The notes: generated from the sequence alone by a model not told the origin. A DNA stretch of 64,000 nt from Microbacterium sp. (GCA_029239165.1 JAQZBG010000001.1:23539-87538), one strand, 5' to 3'. Positions 1 to 11,289 are shown, numbered from the stretch's first letter. Numbers and translations are program-made.

Positions 1-543
1 GACCCGTTCGTCGGAGTCCCGCACGGCAGCGGTGATGAGGATGTGCGTGGAGTAGGGGGCACCCGAGCAGAACGGGTAGACGCCGTCCACGAGGTAGCCG
101 CCCTCGACCGCCCGTACATCCCCCGGTCGCGCGAACTGGTGCGGGGCGAGGAACGGGCCGGTCGTGAAGACTTCCTCCTGCACGGCCATCGGCCAGTGCG
201 CAGCGACCGTCGTGGTGTGCTGAGCCGCGAGGGCGAAGCACCACCCGCTGCCGGGATTCCCGGTCGCCACCTCGACGATCGTTGCGGCGAGGACCGAGAG
301 AGGCAGTTGCATCCCCCCGAACGCCGTCGGCGTCGTGACGTCGTACATTCCCGCAGCGATCATCTCGGCGTGGATCTGCGGCGAGTAGGTTCCTCTGGCG
401 TCGGCGGCGTCCTGGTCTTCGCGGAGCGCGGCCATCAGCGCGCCCGCTCGGCCGAGGACCACGGAGGCGGCGTCGCGCTGTTCGGGCCGGAGTGCGGAGA
501 TGCTCGACAGCGCTGCCGGCGAGGGAGGTGGCGTAGAGGGCAC
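1..543 (-). CDS. Acyl-CoA-dehydrogenase-fold flavin-dependent monooxygenase (HsaA/C2-like), 5' part only; runs off window start
   Basis: Not in ORF track. Manual translation from GTG at 543: MPSTPP...LREDQDAADARGTYSPQIHAEMIAAGMYDVTTPTAFGG...GSGWCF...VEGGYLVDGVYPFCSGAPYSTH; open to position 1. Confidence 0.75.
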   Translation of the reverse strand, partial: MPSTPPPSPAALSSISALRPEQRDAASVVLGRAGALMAALREDQDAADARGTYSPQIHAEMIAAGMYDVTTPTAFGGMQLPLSVLAATIVEVATGNPGSGWCFALAAQHTTTVAAHWPMAVQEEVFTTGPFLAPHQFARPGDVRAVEGGYLVDGVYPFCSGAPYSTHILITAAVRDSDERV

Positions 544-626
544 GGGGAATCCATTCGCGGTCGTCAGAACTAATAAAGGGTTTGACAACCATTATGCGCG
601 AGGACGGCGATGCAGTGTCGCACCGA

Positions 627-1088
627 TCAAGGGGCGGCCGGCCCCCCTACGGAGGCGGGCGCGCCATCCCCCGGAAATATCAATTCCGACAGGGTCGCCA
701 CCGCCGAAGACGCGGGCAACAACTCGTTCGCGCTCTGGACCCGTCGAGCGACGAGGTCCTCGACGACCCGGGCGGCGCCGTTGATCGCCGCCTCACCGGC
801 GTCGGTGAGAGCGATGAGTGACGAGCGCCGATCGGATGGATGCGGCCGACGGACGGCGAGACCGTCACGTTCGAGCCGATCGGCGAGCTTGCTGGCGGCT
901 CCGATCGTCACGGTGAGCTCGTGCGCGAGTTCCTGCACCCGCGCGGCGCCCGCGCGGCGCGCGATGACTCGCAGAGCGAGAAGCGTGGCCGGCCCGACTT
1001 CACCCGCTGCCACGAGTTCTCGTTCGACGAGTGCCCACAGCGCAGATTCGAATCGCACGAGCCGTTCCAGGAAATCCAACCCGCTCAT
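627..1088 (-). CDS. MarR-family transcriptional regulator
   Basis: wHTH ELAHELTVTIGAASKLADRLERDGL and RRPHPSDRRSSLIALT wing; ATG at 1088 preferred. Confidence 0.9.
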   Translation of the reverse strand: MSGLDFLERLVRFESALWALVERELVAAGEVGPATLLALRVIARRAGAARVQELAHELTVTIGAASKLADRLERDGLAVRRPHPSDRRSSLIALTDAGEAAINGAARVVEDLVARRVQSANELLPASSAVATLSELIFPGDGAPASVGGPAAP

Positions 1089-1145
1089 GGCTCGCCTCCG
1101 ATCCGAACGGTTGCGCGTCACAGAATGACGCAGACGACCGTGATG

Positions 1146-1168
1146 TTACTTCCTAGGAATATACTTCC
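1146..1168. promoter_or_regulatory. Candidate MarR operator
   Basis: TTCCTAGGAA palindrome (1150-1159) plus TACTTCC direct repeat in the AT-rich gap between divergent marR and ABC operon. Confidence 0.5.
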
Positions 1169-1176
1169 ACACAATC

Positions 1177-2018
<842 letters not shown>

Positions 2019-2022
<4 letters not shown>

Positions 2023-2672
2023 TGTGGGTCGTCGGAAATCTGGACTACATCGGCGGCCTCCTGATGGCCCACCTCGCCGTGACGCTGCCCGCGCTGGCGC
2101 TCAGTATCGTGATCGCCGTTCCGCTGGGGCGTCTGGCCGTCGCCTCGGGACGGGGGCAGGAAGCGGTGGTGACGACGACCGGTCTGCTCTACGCCATCCC
2201 GTCGCTCCCGCTTCTGATCACGATCCCGCTCCTCACGGGCCTGCCGCTCCGCTCCACGGCCACGATGATCACCGCTCTCACCATTTACGGGGTGGCGATC
2301 CTCGTGCGAAGCGCGACGGATGCGTTTGCCAACGTGCCCCGCAATATCCTGGACGTCGCCGCCGCGTCCGGGATGTCGGCGCGGCAGAGCTTCTTCGGTG
2401 TCGAGCTGCCGCTCGCGCTTCCGGTGCTGATCGCGGGCGCACGCGTGGTGGCGATGAGCACCGTCGGACTCGCGACGATCGGCGCGCTCATCGGCATCCC
2501 GAGCCTCGGCAGTCTGCTGACGGACGGATTCCAGCGCGGTATCACCGCCGAAGTGACGGCCGGCATCGTCCTCACGCTCGCCGTGGCCCTCATCCTCGAC
2601 GGCTGCCTGTGGCTCACCGGCCGCCTGACGCAACCGTGGACCACCCCTCACCGGGCGGGGATCACCGCATGA
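2019..2672 (+). CDS. Osmoprotectant ABC transporter permease
   Basis: Hydrophobic; YAIPSL and GM...VELPLALP motifs of OpuCB-like permeases. Confidence 0.88.
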
Positions 2673-3343
2673 ACGTGCTCCTCGCCGCCCTCGGCTGGCT
2701 CGCGGATCCCGCGCACTGGACCGGACCCGACGGCATCGTCACGCGCACCGCCCAGCACGTCGGGCTGACGCTCACGGTCACCGCTATCGCCTGCCTCGTC
2801 GCGCTCCCGCTCGGAGCCTGGATGGGTCACACCCGCCGCGGCCAGAGCACGATCGCCCTCGTCGCGAACGGTGCCCGCGCGCTCCCGACGCTCGGCCTCG
2901 TCACGCTCCTCGCGCTCTGGCTCGGCATCGGCCTGCGCGCTCCCGTGATCGCGCTCGTGGTGCTTGCCCTGCCTTCGGTTCTCGCCGCGACCTACTCCGG
3001 CGTGATCTCGGTGCCGCGCGATCTGGTGGATTCCGCCCGCGCGATGGGACACACCTCCCTGCAGACCCTCCGCCGCATCGAGCTGCCGCTCGCCCTGCCC
3101 GTCATCGGCGGGGGTATCCAGAGTGCGTTGCTCCAGGTGATCGCCACTGCGACCATCGCTGCCTACGTCGCCGACGTGGGGCTGGGGCGTTACATCTTCG
3201 CCGGCCTGAAATCCCGGGATTATCCGCAGATGCTCGCCGGCTCCCTTCTCGTCATCGCCCTTGCCCTCCTCTGCGCCGCCGCGGCCGCAGTCATCTCGCG
3301 CACCCGTCGTCGCATCATCCGCCGTGAAAGGACCACCCCATGA
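2669..3343 (+). CDS. Osmoprotectant ABC transporter permease
   Basis: Start MNVLLAALG at ATG 2669 overlapping the previous stop; ARALPTLG, DSARAMG...IELPLALP. Confidence 0.88.
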   Translation: MNVLLAALGWLADPAHWTGPDGIVTRTAQHVGLTLTVTAIACLVALPLGAWMGHTRRGQSTIALVANGARALPTLGLVTLLALWLGIGLRAPVIALVVLALPSVLAATYSGVISVPRDLVDSARAMGHTSLQTLRRIELPLALPVIGGGIQSALLQVIATATIAAYVADVGLGRYIFAGLKSRDYPQMLAGSLLVIALALLCAAAAAVISRTRRRIIRRERTTP

Positions 3344-4263
3344 ATCGCCGCCCCTCGTCCCGAATGACCCTCGCCCTCGCCACCGGTTTCGGACTGCTCG
3401 CGCTGGCCGGTTGCGCCTCCGCGGATCCGCTCTCCTCCGGCGACTCCACGTCGTCGGACGAGACGATCGTCGTCGGATCCCAGGATTACTACTCGAACGA
3501 GATCATCGCCGAGATCTACGCGCAGGCCCTCGAGAACGCGGGTTACGACGTGCAGCGGGACTTCCGGATCGGTCAGCGCGAGGCCTACTTGCCGGAGATC
3601 GAGTCGGGATCGATCGACCTGTTCCCCGAGTACACCGGCCCCGTCCTGCAGGTGTGGGACCCGGAGACGTCCGCGCGTACCGCGGACGACGTCTACGCCG
3701 CGCTGAAGGAGTCCGTACCCGACGGGCTCCGCGTTCTGGACCAGTCCGACGCGAAGGACGAGGACAGCTACGTCGTGACTCGCGCCTTCGCCGACGAATA
3801 CGGCGTCACCAGCATCGCCGACCTCGCCGCAGTACCCGTGCCCCTCACGCTCGGAGGCAACTCCGAGGGCGAGACCCGGCCGATCGGACCGGCAGGGCTC
3901 AAGCAGACGTACGGCGTGGACGTGTCCTTCACCCCGATCGAGGACGGCGGCGGCCCGCTGACGGTGAAGGCGTTGCTCGACGACCAGATCCAGCTCGCCG
4001 TGATCTACACCGCGAGCCCGTCGATGTCCTCGGCCGACCTCGTGGCCCTGGAGGACCCGGCCGGGCTCATGCTGGCCTCGCACGTGGTCCCCCTCGCCTC
4101 GGATCGACTCGACGACCAGGCGGTGGATATCGTGAATGAGATCAGCCGCGAGATGAGCGCGGCGGATCTCGTCGCGCTCAACACCGAGAGCATCGAGACT
4201 CAGGGCTCGGCGGCCACCATCGCCACGAAGTGGCTGGGGGAACGGATGCCCGCCGGTCAGTGA
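3340..4263 (+). CDS. Osmoprotectant ABC substrate-binding lipoprotein
   Basis: Lipobox LAGC; IVVGSQDYYSNEIIAEIYAQALE and PEYTG motifs. Confidence 0.9.
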   Translation: MNRRPSSRMTLALATGFGLLALAGCASADPLSSGDSTSSDETIVVGSQDYYSNEIIAEIYAQALENAGYDVQRDFRIGQREAYLPEIESGSIDLFPEYTGPVLQVWDPETSARTADDVYAALKESVPDGLRVLDQSDAKDEDSYVVTRAFADEYGVTSIADLAAVPVPLTLGGNSEGETRPIGPAGLKQTYGVDVSFTPIEDGGGPLTVKALLDDQIQLAVIYTASPSMSSADLVALEDPAGLMLASHVVPLASDRLDDQAVDIVNEISREMSAADLVALNTESIETQGSAATIATKWLGERMPAGQ

Positions 4264-4273
4264 CCGGCGACAT

Positions 4274-4909
4274 TCAGACCTCGACGAGGGTCACGGAGCG
4301 GAGGTGATCCCGCAGCTCCTCGGCCATGTCGAGCACCGAGCGGTCGAGCAGCCATTGGACCTGCAGTCCGTCCATCATCGCGATCGTGGACCGCGCCGCG
4401 CTGGCGGGGGTCACGTTTTCCCTGAGCAGCCCCCGCGCGGCGAGGTTCGAGAATGCCTCGACGAGCGTCGCGCGGGTCTGCTCGTAACGTCGGACGAAGT
4501 ACGCGTGCGCCGGGTGAGTGGGCGCGGTCGCCTCCGCCGACAGCATGCAGTACAGCTCGGTGACACCGGGGACGCACGCGTTGTACTGCGCCAGCTCGAT
4601 CAGACCGCTCATCGCTCGCACGCCGTCTCCGGGATGCGGGGGCACGAACTGCGCGGCGAGCTGGTCGCGGCGCGCGAGAACCGCCTCGAGCAGTCGCGCC
4701 TTGCTCGTGAAGTGGTGCAGGAGTCCGGCTTCACTGATTCCGACCTTGGTCGCGATCTCGCGGAGCGACCCCACGTGGTAGCCGCCCTGCGCGAAGACCT
4801 CGAGTGCCGCGTCCAGGATGGCCGCTCGGGTGCTCTCGGACTTCGCGTAGCTTCCCCGCGGCTTCGGTCCTACGCCCGCGTCATCGGGCGCCTTCTGCGT
4901 CGTCGCCAT
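4274..4909 (-). CDS. TetR-family regulator
   Basis: RGSYAK...ILDAALEVF...SLREIA...GLLHHF HTH; HPAHAYF and MDGLQVQWL C-terminal motifs. Confidence 0.92.
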   Translation of the reverse strand: MATTQKAPDDAGVGPKPRGSYAKSESTRAAILDAALEVFAQGGYHVGSLREIATKVGISEAGLLHHFTSKARLLEAVLARRDQLAAQFVPPHPGDGVRAMSGLIELAQYNACVPGVTELYCMLSAEATAPTHPAHAYFVRRYEQTRATLVEAFSNLAARGLLRENVTPASAARSTIAMMDGLQVQWLLDRSVLDMAEELRDHLRSVTLVEV

Positions 4910-4962
4910 CGGCCCTCCCATACGTCGCGCATTCACCCTAGTCGGACCGGCGAGGCGCGGGC

Positions 4963-5922
4963 CTACCCGAGGATCCAATCGCGGACGCGGTCGAGCGTCT
5001 CGAGCGCAGCACCGTCGCCCGGGACGTCCAGATAACCGTGTACCGTCCCCAGCGCGATCGACTCGTCCACCTTGCCCCCCGCCCGCCGGAGGGCCTCCGA
5101 GAACGCCTCACCTGACGCGCGGAGCGTGTCGGCTTCTGCGTGGACGATGAGCATCCGCGGGAGATCCGGCAGCACGCCGTCGGCGGGGAAGGCGATTGGA
5201 TGGGCCAGGGGTTCGCTCTCGCCGACATAGTTCTCGTTCAGGACGCGCACCATGCCCGGCGGGAATCTGAGGTGGTCGGGAAGAGCGGCGGTGAGCGCCG
5301 CCAGCTCGCTCGAGATGGACGGGAGTGCGCGGTGCATCAGCGGGTAGACAGCGACCACGGATGCGGGACGCGTCCCCTTCTCGGCGGCTTCACGCAGCGC
5401 CGCACTCGTCGCCAGGCAGGCGCCGGCGCTCGCTCCGCCGAGGTGGACCGCCGTCGGCGAGTACCCCCACACCTCACTGTGAACAGCGGCTGTCCACGCC
5501 ACCTGCACATCGTCCAGGGGGAGGGGGTGGTGCACCCCGTTGAGCGCTTTCCGATAGTCGATCGCCAGAACGGGGATTCCCCGTGATGCCAGTTCGAGAC
5601 CGACCCAGTTCGACTCCGGCATGTCCAGGTCGCCCCCGATGAACGCTCCGCCGTGCACCCAAACGAGGCTCGGGCCGGAGGGGTGAGGCGGCACATACAG
5701 CCGAGCGGCGACCGGCCCGCGGGCGCCCCCGAGGTCGAGGTCGCGCACCCGGACCGCGGCGAGCGCCGGGAATCTGCCCTGCAGGGACGCCGTGTCGACG
5801 TCGAGTCGCATCTCCGCTGGCGCCCCGTTCTGCTCGAAGGCGGCGATCAGTCCCGCCGCGACGTCCGCCCCGGCATCCGAATCCTTTTGCGTCACGATCG
5901 ACGGCGTCTGCACTTCACTCAT
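4963..5922 (-). CDS. Alpha/beta hydrolase (HSL-family esterase)
   Basis: HGGAF oxyanion motif, GASAG nucleophile elbow, D-x-L and HGY catalytic residues. Confidence 0.88.
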   Translation of the reverse strand: MSEVQTPSIVTQKDSDAGADVAAGLIAAFEQNGAPAEMRLDVDTASLQGRFPALAAVRVRDLDLGGARGPVAARLYVPPHPSGPSLVWVHGGAFIGGDLDMPESNWVGLELASRGIPVLAIDYRKALNGVHHPLPLDDVQVAWTAAVHSEVWGYSPTAVHLGGASAGACLATSAALREAAEKGTRPASVVAVYPLMHRALPSISSELAALTAALPDHLRFPPGMVRVLNENYVGESEPLAHPIAFPADGVLPDLPRMLIVHAEADTLRASGEAFSEALRRAGGKVDESIALGTVHGYLDVPGDGAALETLDRVRDWILG

Positions 5923-6791
5923 GCCCGGGCCGCCATTTCGGCGGCGAACTGATCGCCCACCTCCTGCTGCCCATCCCGCAGACGTCGACGTTCGACTCGA
6001 CGCTGCCGCTGAAGGACCGGGTCGGGCACGGGAGCGGCCATCAACAGTCGTCGGGTGTACGGGTGCTCAGGGTCCCCGGTGACCTGCGCACCAGGCCCCG
6101 TCTCGACGATCTCACCGCGATACATCACGGCGACACGATGGCTGATGTGGCGCACGACAGCCAGGTCGTGGGAGATGAACAGGTAGGCAACCCCGGTTCG
6201 TTCCTGGATTTCGATGAACAGGTCGAGTACGCGCGCCTGCGTCGACAGGTCGAGGGCCGATACGGGCTCGTCGCACACGATCAGCTTCGGATCCAACGCG
6301 AGTGCGCGCGCGATCGCGACGCGCTGGCGCTGGCCGCCGCTGAATTCTCTCGGCAGCCGTGAAACGGCATCGGAGGGAAGCCCGACACGGTCGAGGAGGC
6401 CGCGCACCCTTTCATGCGCGGCGCGCCCCGCGACTCCCCGAGCGGTCAGGGGCTCGGCGAGGATCTGACCGATCGTCATCGAGGGGTTCAGCGAGCTGTA
6501 AGGGTCCTGGAAGACGACCTGCAACTCCGCGCTGAGCGCCCGTCGCGCACGCTTACCCAGGTGCCCGATCTCCTTCCCTCGATAGCGGATGCTGCCCCCC
6601 GACACGGGGGCGAGACCGAGGACGGCTCGACCGAGCGTCGTCTTGCCGGAACCGGATTCGCCGACGAGGCCCATCGTCTCTCCTGCACGGATGTCCAGCG
6701 CGACACCGGTGAGCGCCTGGAACGGCTTCTTCCCGAACCCGCGCGCCGGGTACGTGACGTTGAGGTCTTCGACCTCGAGCAATGCGCCCAT
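5919..6791 (-). CDS. Opp/Dpp-family ABC ATP-binding subunit
   Basis: Start MGALLEVEDL; GESGSGKT, FSGGQRQR, CDEPVSALD, HPYTRRL. Confidence 0.92.
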   Translation of the reverse strand: MGALLEVEDLNVTYPARGFGKKPFQALTGVALDIRAGETMGLVGESGSGKTTLGRAVLGLAPVSGGSIRYRGKEIGHLGKRARRALSAELQVVFQDPYSSLNPSMTIGQILAEPLTARGVAGRAAHERVRGLLDRVGLPSDAVSRLPREFSGGQRQRVAIARALALDPKLIVCDEPVSALDLSTQARVLDLFIEIQERTGVAYLFISHDLAVVRHISHRVAVMYRGEIVETGPGAQVTGDPEHPYTRRLLMAAPVPDPVLQRQRRVERRRLRDGQQEVGDQFAAEMAARA

Positions 6792-8566
6792 CAGGAAACC
6801 TCTCCCGCAACCATCAGCGGCGCGCGTGGGGCGCCGCCCTCCAGGATCGTGGACAGCAGACGCTTCGTGTAGTCGTGCTGCGGCGCGTGGAAGATCTCTG
6901 ACACCGATCCCGTTTCCACGATCCGTCCCGACTGCATGACCGATACGCGGTCGCACAGATCGGCGACCACCCCGAAGTTGTGCGTGACGAGCAGCACTCC
7001 GAGATGGCGTTCCTCCTGCAGGTCGCGTAACAGGTCGAGCACCTCCGCCTGCACCGTCACATCCAGCGCCGTGGTCGGTTCGTCCGCGATGAGAAGCTCC
7101 GGATCGCACGACACCGCGCCGGCGATGAGTACGCGCTGCGCCATGCCCCCGGACACCTGGTGCGGATAGGCGCGGAAGGTACGCGACGGCTGCGGAATCC
7201 CGACCCGTTCCAGGAGACTCAGGGCGCGCTCGGTGGCATCCTTCCGCGACAGGCCGAGCATGACGCGCATGGGTTCGACGAGGTGGTCCCCGATCGTGAA
7301 CGCCCCGTCCAGATTCGACATCGGCTCCTGCGGGATGTAGCCGATGCGTCGTCCGCGGATGCTCCGATACTCCTTCTCGGACGCGTGGGTCACATCGACG
7401 CCGCCGAATCGGATCGACCCCGCCGTCACCCGACCACCCGCGGGCAGGAGGCCGAGCACCGAGAAGGCGGTCTGCGTCTTTCCCGAGCCCGACTCTCCGA
7501 TCAGACCATGCACCTCGCCCGTCCCGATACGTAGCGTGACGCCGCTGACGACCTCCGTGACTCCGCCGTCATCCTGGTCGTAGCCGACATGCAGCTCATG
7601 GATGTCGAGAAGCGCGGCCGCATCCTCGGCCGTTCGCGCGTCGGCGCGCGGCGCCGTCGTCCCGGGCGGAGGAACGACCGCTGAGCGGCGTCGACGCCGC
7701 GGTGCCGAGCGCTCGAGTTCGTCGCGCGCCGCGTTGGAGACGAGGACGAGCGCCATAGTCGTGACAGCGATGGCCAGCGACGGCCAGAGCATGAGAATCG
7801 GCGCGCGATAGATCATGGCGAAGCCGTCGTTGAGCATGGATCCCCAGGTGGGTACCGACAGGTCGCCGAGTCCGAGAAACTCGAGGCCGGACTGGACCGC
7901 AATGGCGATACCGAGAACGACCGCGCACTGGATGATGATCGGCGCGCGGACGACGGTGAGGATGTGGCGGGCGATAATACGCGCATCGCTCAGCCCCGAG
8001 ACCCGCGCGGCGTCCACGTACAACTCATGACGCACGGCCGACACGGACGCGTAGACGAGCCGGAAGAAGGCGGGCGCGAGCAGCACTCCGAAGATCGCCA
8101 TCGAGAACCAGACCGAGGGCCCGAGCGCGGCGCGCGCGGCGAGCAGCACGATGATCGCCGGTAGCGCCATGACGATCGACGTCAACCACGACGACACGGT
8201 GTCGAAGAAGCCGCCGTAGTAGCCGGCAAGCAACCCGCCGACGACGCCGGCCACGAGAGCAACGATGAGCGCGACGAGCGCCGCGCCGATGCTGATCTGC
8301 GTAGCGACCAGGAGCCGCGAGAGCACATCCCGACCGGCGGAGTCTGCCCCCAGCCAGTGCCCGGGGGCGGGCGGGGCAAGGATCAGGTCGAGGGAGGCCG
8401 CCCCGGGGTCGTGAGGCGCCAAGAAGGATCCGAAGACCGCGACGAACGCGACGATCAGGAGATATGTCGACGCGATGACGGCGAGGGGGTTGCGCAGCAG
8501 ACGACGGAGAAGATGGACGCGCCCAGGAGCGGGCGCAATCACGGGCGTGGCGACGAACTCGGTCAC
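6791..8566 (-). CDS. Fused Opp/Dpp permease + ATPase
   Basis: GTG start VTEFVAT; HWLGADSAGRDVLSRL permease domain followed by GESGSGKT and DEPTTALD. Confidence 0.9.
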   Translation of the reverse strand: MTEFVATPVIAPAPGRVHLLRRLLRNPLAVIASTYLLIVAFVAVFGSFLAPHDPGAASLDLILAPPAPGHWLGADSAGRDVLSRLLVATQISIGAALVALIVALVAGVVGGLLAGYYGGFFDTVSSWLTSIVMALPAIIVLLAARAALGPSVWFSMAIFGVLLAPAFFRLVYASVSAVRHELYVDAARVSGLSDARIIARHILTVVRAPIIIQCAVVLGIAIAVQSGLEFLGLGDLSVPTWGSMLNDGFAMIYRAPILMLWPSLAIAVTTMALVLVSNAARDELERSAPRRRRRSAVVPPPGTTAPRADARTAEDAAALLDIHELHVGYDQDDGGVTEVVSGVTLRIGTGEVHGLIGESGSGKTQTAFSVLGLLPAGGRVTAGSIRFGGVDVTHASEKEYRSIRGRRIGYIPQEPMSNLDGAFTIGDHLVEPMRVMLGLSRKDATERALSLLERVGIPQPSRTFRAYPHQVSGGMAQRVLIAGAVSCDPELLIADEPTTALDVTVQAEVLDLLRDLQEERHLGVLLVTHNFGVVADLCDRVSVMQSGRIVETGSVSEIFHAPQHDYTKRLLSTILEGGAPRAPLMVAGEVS

Positions 8567-9504
8567 GAGAGTCTCACCTTCGGGTTGAGGGCGGCCTGCA
8601 GCAGGTCGATGAGCAGGTTCACCGCCACGACGATGAGAGCCGTGACGAGGACGAGTCCCATGACCATCGGGATGTCTGCTTTGACGGTCGAGCTGACCGC
8701 CAGCTGACCGAGACCCGGGATCGCGAACACCTGCTCGACGATCACCGCTCCGCCGAGGAGCCCGATGAATTGCACCGCGAGCACTGCGAGAGCAGGACCT
8801 CCCGCGTTTCGCAGCACATGCCGGAGCACCACTCGGCGCATCCCCAACCCTCGGCTGCGGAGGGTCCGCACAAAGTCGCGTGTGAGCCCGTCCGTGACGG
8901 AGCCGCGGACCTGTTGGGTCACCACGGCGATCGTCCCCAGCGCGAGTGCGATGACCGGGAGTGTCACGGAGCTGAGCCATCCGGTCGCGGAGGTGGTGAT
9001 CGGGATGTACCCCGTCGCCTTGAACCAGCCGAGTTCGATGGCGAACAGCAGGACGAGTCCGAGGGCCAGCAGAAAGCCCGGGACCGCGAACCCGATCACC
9101 GAGACCACCTGCACGACGCGATCGACCCATCCGCCGCGCACGGCCGCCAGGACGCCGAGCCCGACCGCGACGACCGCGGCGAGGATGGTGGCACCGAGCA
9201 CGATGGAGAGAGTGACGGTCAGCCGACTGCTGACTCCTGATGCGACGAGCTCCCCCGTGAACCAGGAGCGCCCGAAGTCGCCTCGGATGGCGTGCGTGAG
9301 CCAGTCGCCGAACTGTTGCCACAGGGGGCGGTCCAGCCCGAGCTCCGCCGTCTTGCGGTCGACCAGCTCCTGGGACGCGTTCTGACCCAGGATTCGACGC
9401 GCGATATCTTCGCTGTTCGCATACAGCAACGCGAATGCCAGCGCGGAGACGACGAACAGAAGGACGACGCCGGAGATGAGGCGCCGGAGGATGAATCGGA
9501 TCAC
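8563..9504 (-). CDS. Opp/Dpp-family ABC permease (DppB-like)
   Basis: GTG start VIRFILRRL; LGLDRPL, GDFGRSW, EQVFAIPGLG, LNPKVR. Confidence 0.92.
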   Translation of the reverse strand: MIRFILRRLISGVVLLFVVSALAFALLYANSEDIARRILGQNASQELVDRKTAELGLDRPLWQQFGDWLTHAIRGDFGRSWFTGELVASGVSSRLTVTLSIVLGATILAAVVAVGLGVLAAVRGGWVDRVVQVVSVIGFAVPGFLLALGLVLLFAIELGWFKATGYIPITTSATGWLSSVTLPVIALALGTIAVVTQQVRGSVTDGLTRDFVRTLRSRGLGMRRVVLRHVLRNAGGPALAVLAVQFIGLLGGAVIVEQVFAIPGLGQLAVSSTVKADIPMVMGLVLVTALIVVAVNLLIDLLQAALNPKVRLS

Positions 9505-9528
9505 GGTTTCCTCGTTGGGTGGGAGGGA

Positions 9529-9555
9529 GGGGCCGGCGCTCGACGCGCCGGCCCC
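9529..9555 (-). other. Intra-operon stem-loop after the SBP gene
   Basis: GGGGCCGGCGC-TCGAC-GCGCCGGCCCC, 11-bp perfect stem with no U tract; position typical of mRNA-stabilising hairpins. Confidence 0.6.
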
Positions 9556-9575
9556 CCACCAGGGTGTGCTTTCCG

Positions 9576-11096
9576 CTACGAGGCGGGCCGGATGTCGTAG
9601 ATCGCCGGCACGGCGTTCGTGGACATGATGGTGACGTCGGTCTCGCCGTTGACGGCGTAGCCACTCGTGACCCGGTAGAACGGGGCGAACCACGCCTGCT
9701 CGACGAGGTACGCGTTGAGCTGAGCGGCCTTCTCGCCTTGGCCGCTCTCGTCGGCGTACTGGATATCGGAGATGAGCTGGTCGCTGGTCTCGTCCCCGTA
9801 GCCGAAGGGGTTGAACGAGGCCGCGCGCGAGATCATGAACTGGATCAGCTGCCAGTCCGGATTCTGCTCGAGGGACATGAACACGCTGGGGTACTTCGGT
9901 GCGATCAGATCCCCGATGTAATTCTCCGGCGCCGTGTCCGTGTACTGCACGGTGATCCCCACCTCTGCGAGCTGCTGCTGGATGAGAGCGAAGGACGTGG
10001 CGCCGAGCACGACCGTGCTGGGCATGGAGATCGTGAGCCCGTCGCCGTGCCCCGCTTCGGCGAGGAGGGCCTTCGCCTTCTCGGGGTCGTAGGGGTAGGC
10101 CTCGTCCAGCGCGGGATCGTAGGCCGGAGAGTTCGCGCGGAACACTTGCGTCGTCACGGTCCCGTTCCCCTGCTGGATCGCCTCCAACAGGCCCTCGCGG
10201 TCGATCGCGTAGTTGATCGCCTGCCGCACTCGCACGTCGCCGAGAGCCGGGTCCATCTCGCCCCCGCGGTCGAGCAGAAGGAGACCCTGGAAATCGAGCT
10301 CATTGGGCTCGATGGTGAAACCCGAAGCCTCGATCTCGGCGTTGTTGTTGTTGTCCGCGAGCCGGGCCGCATCCACCTCACCCGCTTTGATCGCGTTCAC
10401 GGCGGCAGTGGGATCGGACAAGACGCTCAGTGTGACCTTGTCGTAGTACTGGACGTCAGGATTCCAGTAGTCCTCGTTCTTCGTGTAGACGTAGCTGGTG
10501 CCAGTGACCGTCGCCGCCGTGTCCAGCACATACGGGCCCGAGCCCACGGGGTTGGTGTCCACGTCCTCCGCATCGAATGACGCCGGGCTGGCCATGAGGC
10601 CCGCCTCACGGGAGAGGTAGCTGAGCAGCGCCGGGTCGGGCGCGGAGAGCGTCAGCACGACAGTGGTGCCGTCCGGCGCCTCGATCGAAGCCACGTTCGC
10701 CAGGTCGCTGGCGAATCCTCCGCCGCCATCCCGGAAGCGTTCGAGATTGGCCTTGACCACGTCGGCGGTCAGCTCGGTGCCGTCGGAGAAGGTGACGTCA
10801 TCGCGGATCGTCAGCGTCAAAACGGTGTTGTCGTCGTTATACGAGAACTCGCTGGCGAGGTAGGGCTCGAGCTCCCCCTCCGCCGTTCCTCGGAGAAGCG
10901 TGTCGAACACGGTCTGGTAGTACAGGGCACGGTTTCCCCACTCTGCCTGGCGCGTGTCGAAGGTGGTCAACGAGATGATCTGCCCCAGGACGAGCTCTCG
11001 GGATTCGGACTCCGGGGTCTCGCTCGCGGCGCATCCCACCAGGGCGAGTGCGGCAGCTGCGAGCGCTGCTGTGGCGACTTTCCAACGGAACATCAT
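9576..11096 (-). CDS. Family-5 ABC solute-binding lipoprotein
   Basis: Lipobox LVGC; IRDDVTFSDGTELTADVV, PVGSGPY, DVRVRQAINYAIDR. Confidence 0.92.
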   Translation of the reverse strand: MMFRWKVATAALAAAALALVGCAASETPESESRELVLGQIISLTTFDTRQAEWGNRALYYQTVFDTLLRGTAEGELEPYLASEFSYNDDNTVLTLTIRDDVTFSDGTELTADVVKANLERFRDGGGGFASDLANVASIEAPDGTTVVLTLSAPDPALLSYLSREAGLMASPASFDAEDVDTNPVGSGPYVLDTAATVTGTSYVYTKNEDYWNPDVQYYDKVTLSVLSDPTAAVNAIKAGEVDAARLADNNNNAEIEASGFTIEPNELDFQGLLLLDRGGEMDPALGDVRVRQAINYAIDREGLLEAIQQGNGTVTTQVFRANSPAYDPALDEAYPYDPEKAKALLAEAGHGDGLTISMPSTVVLGATSFALIQQQLAEVGITVQYTDTAPENYIGDLIAPKYPSVFMSLEQNPDWQLIQFMISRAASFNPFGYGDETSDQLISDIQYADESGQGEKAAQLNAYLVEQAWFAPFYRVTSGYAVNGETDVTIMSTNAVPAIYDIRPAS

Positions 11097-11154
11097 CGGT
11101 CCTTTTCGGTCTGGCGGCCCTTCGATGGACCGCTCCCGCGCTGGACTCTAACAA

Positions 11155-11180
11155 CAAAACCAAGTGCTCACTAGGTTTTG
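11155..11180. promoter_or_regulatory. Palindromic operator, probably TetR
   Basis: CAAAACCAAGTG-CT-CACTAGGTTTTG: 12-bp arms with 1 mismatch, about 60 bp upstream of the SBP start. Confidence 0.7.
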
Positions 11181-11289
11181 CGCGCCTTCGTTTCCAAACT
11201 GTGATTTGCTATCTGACCGGGAATTTTCAAGGGTCCGGGCACCCCGATGAGGCCGATGCAGGATCGGCCTCATCCGCGGTGGCGTGGTG

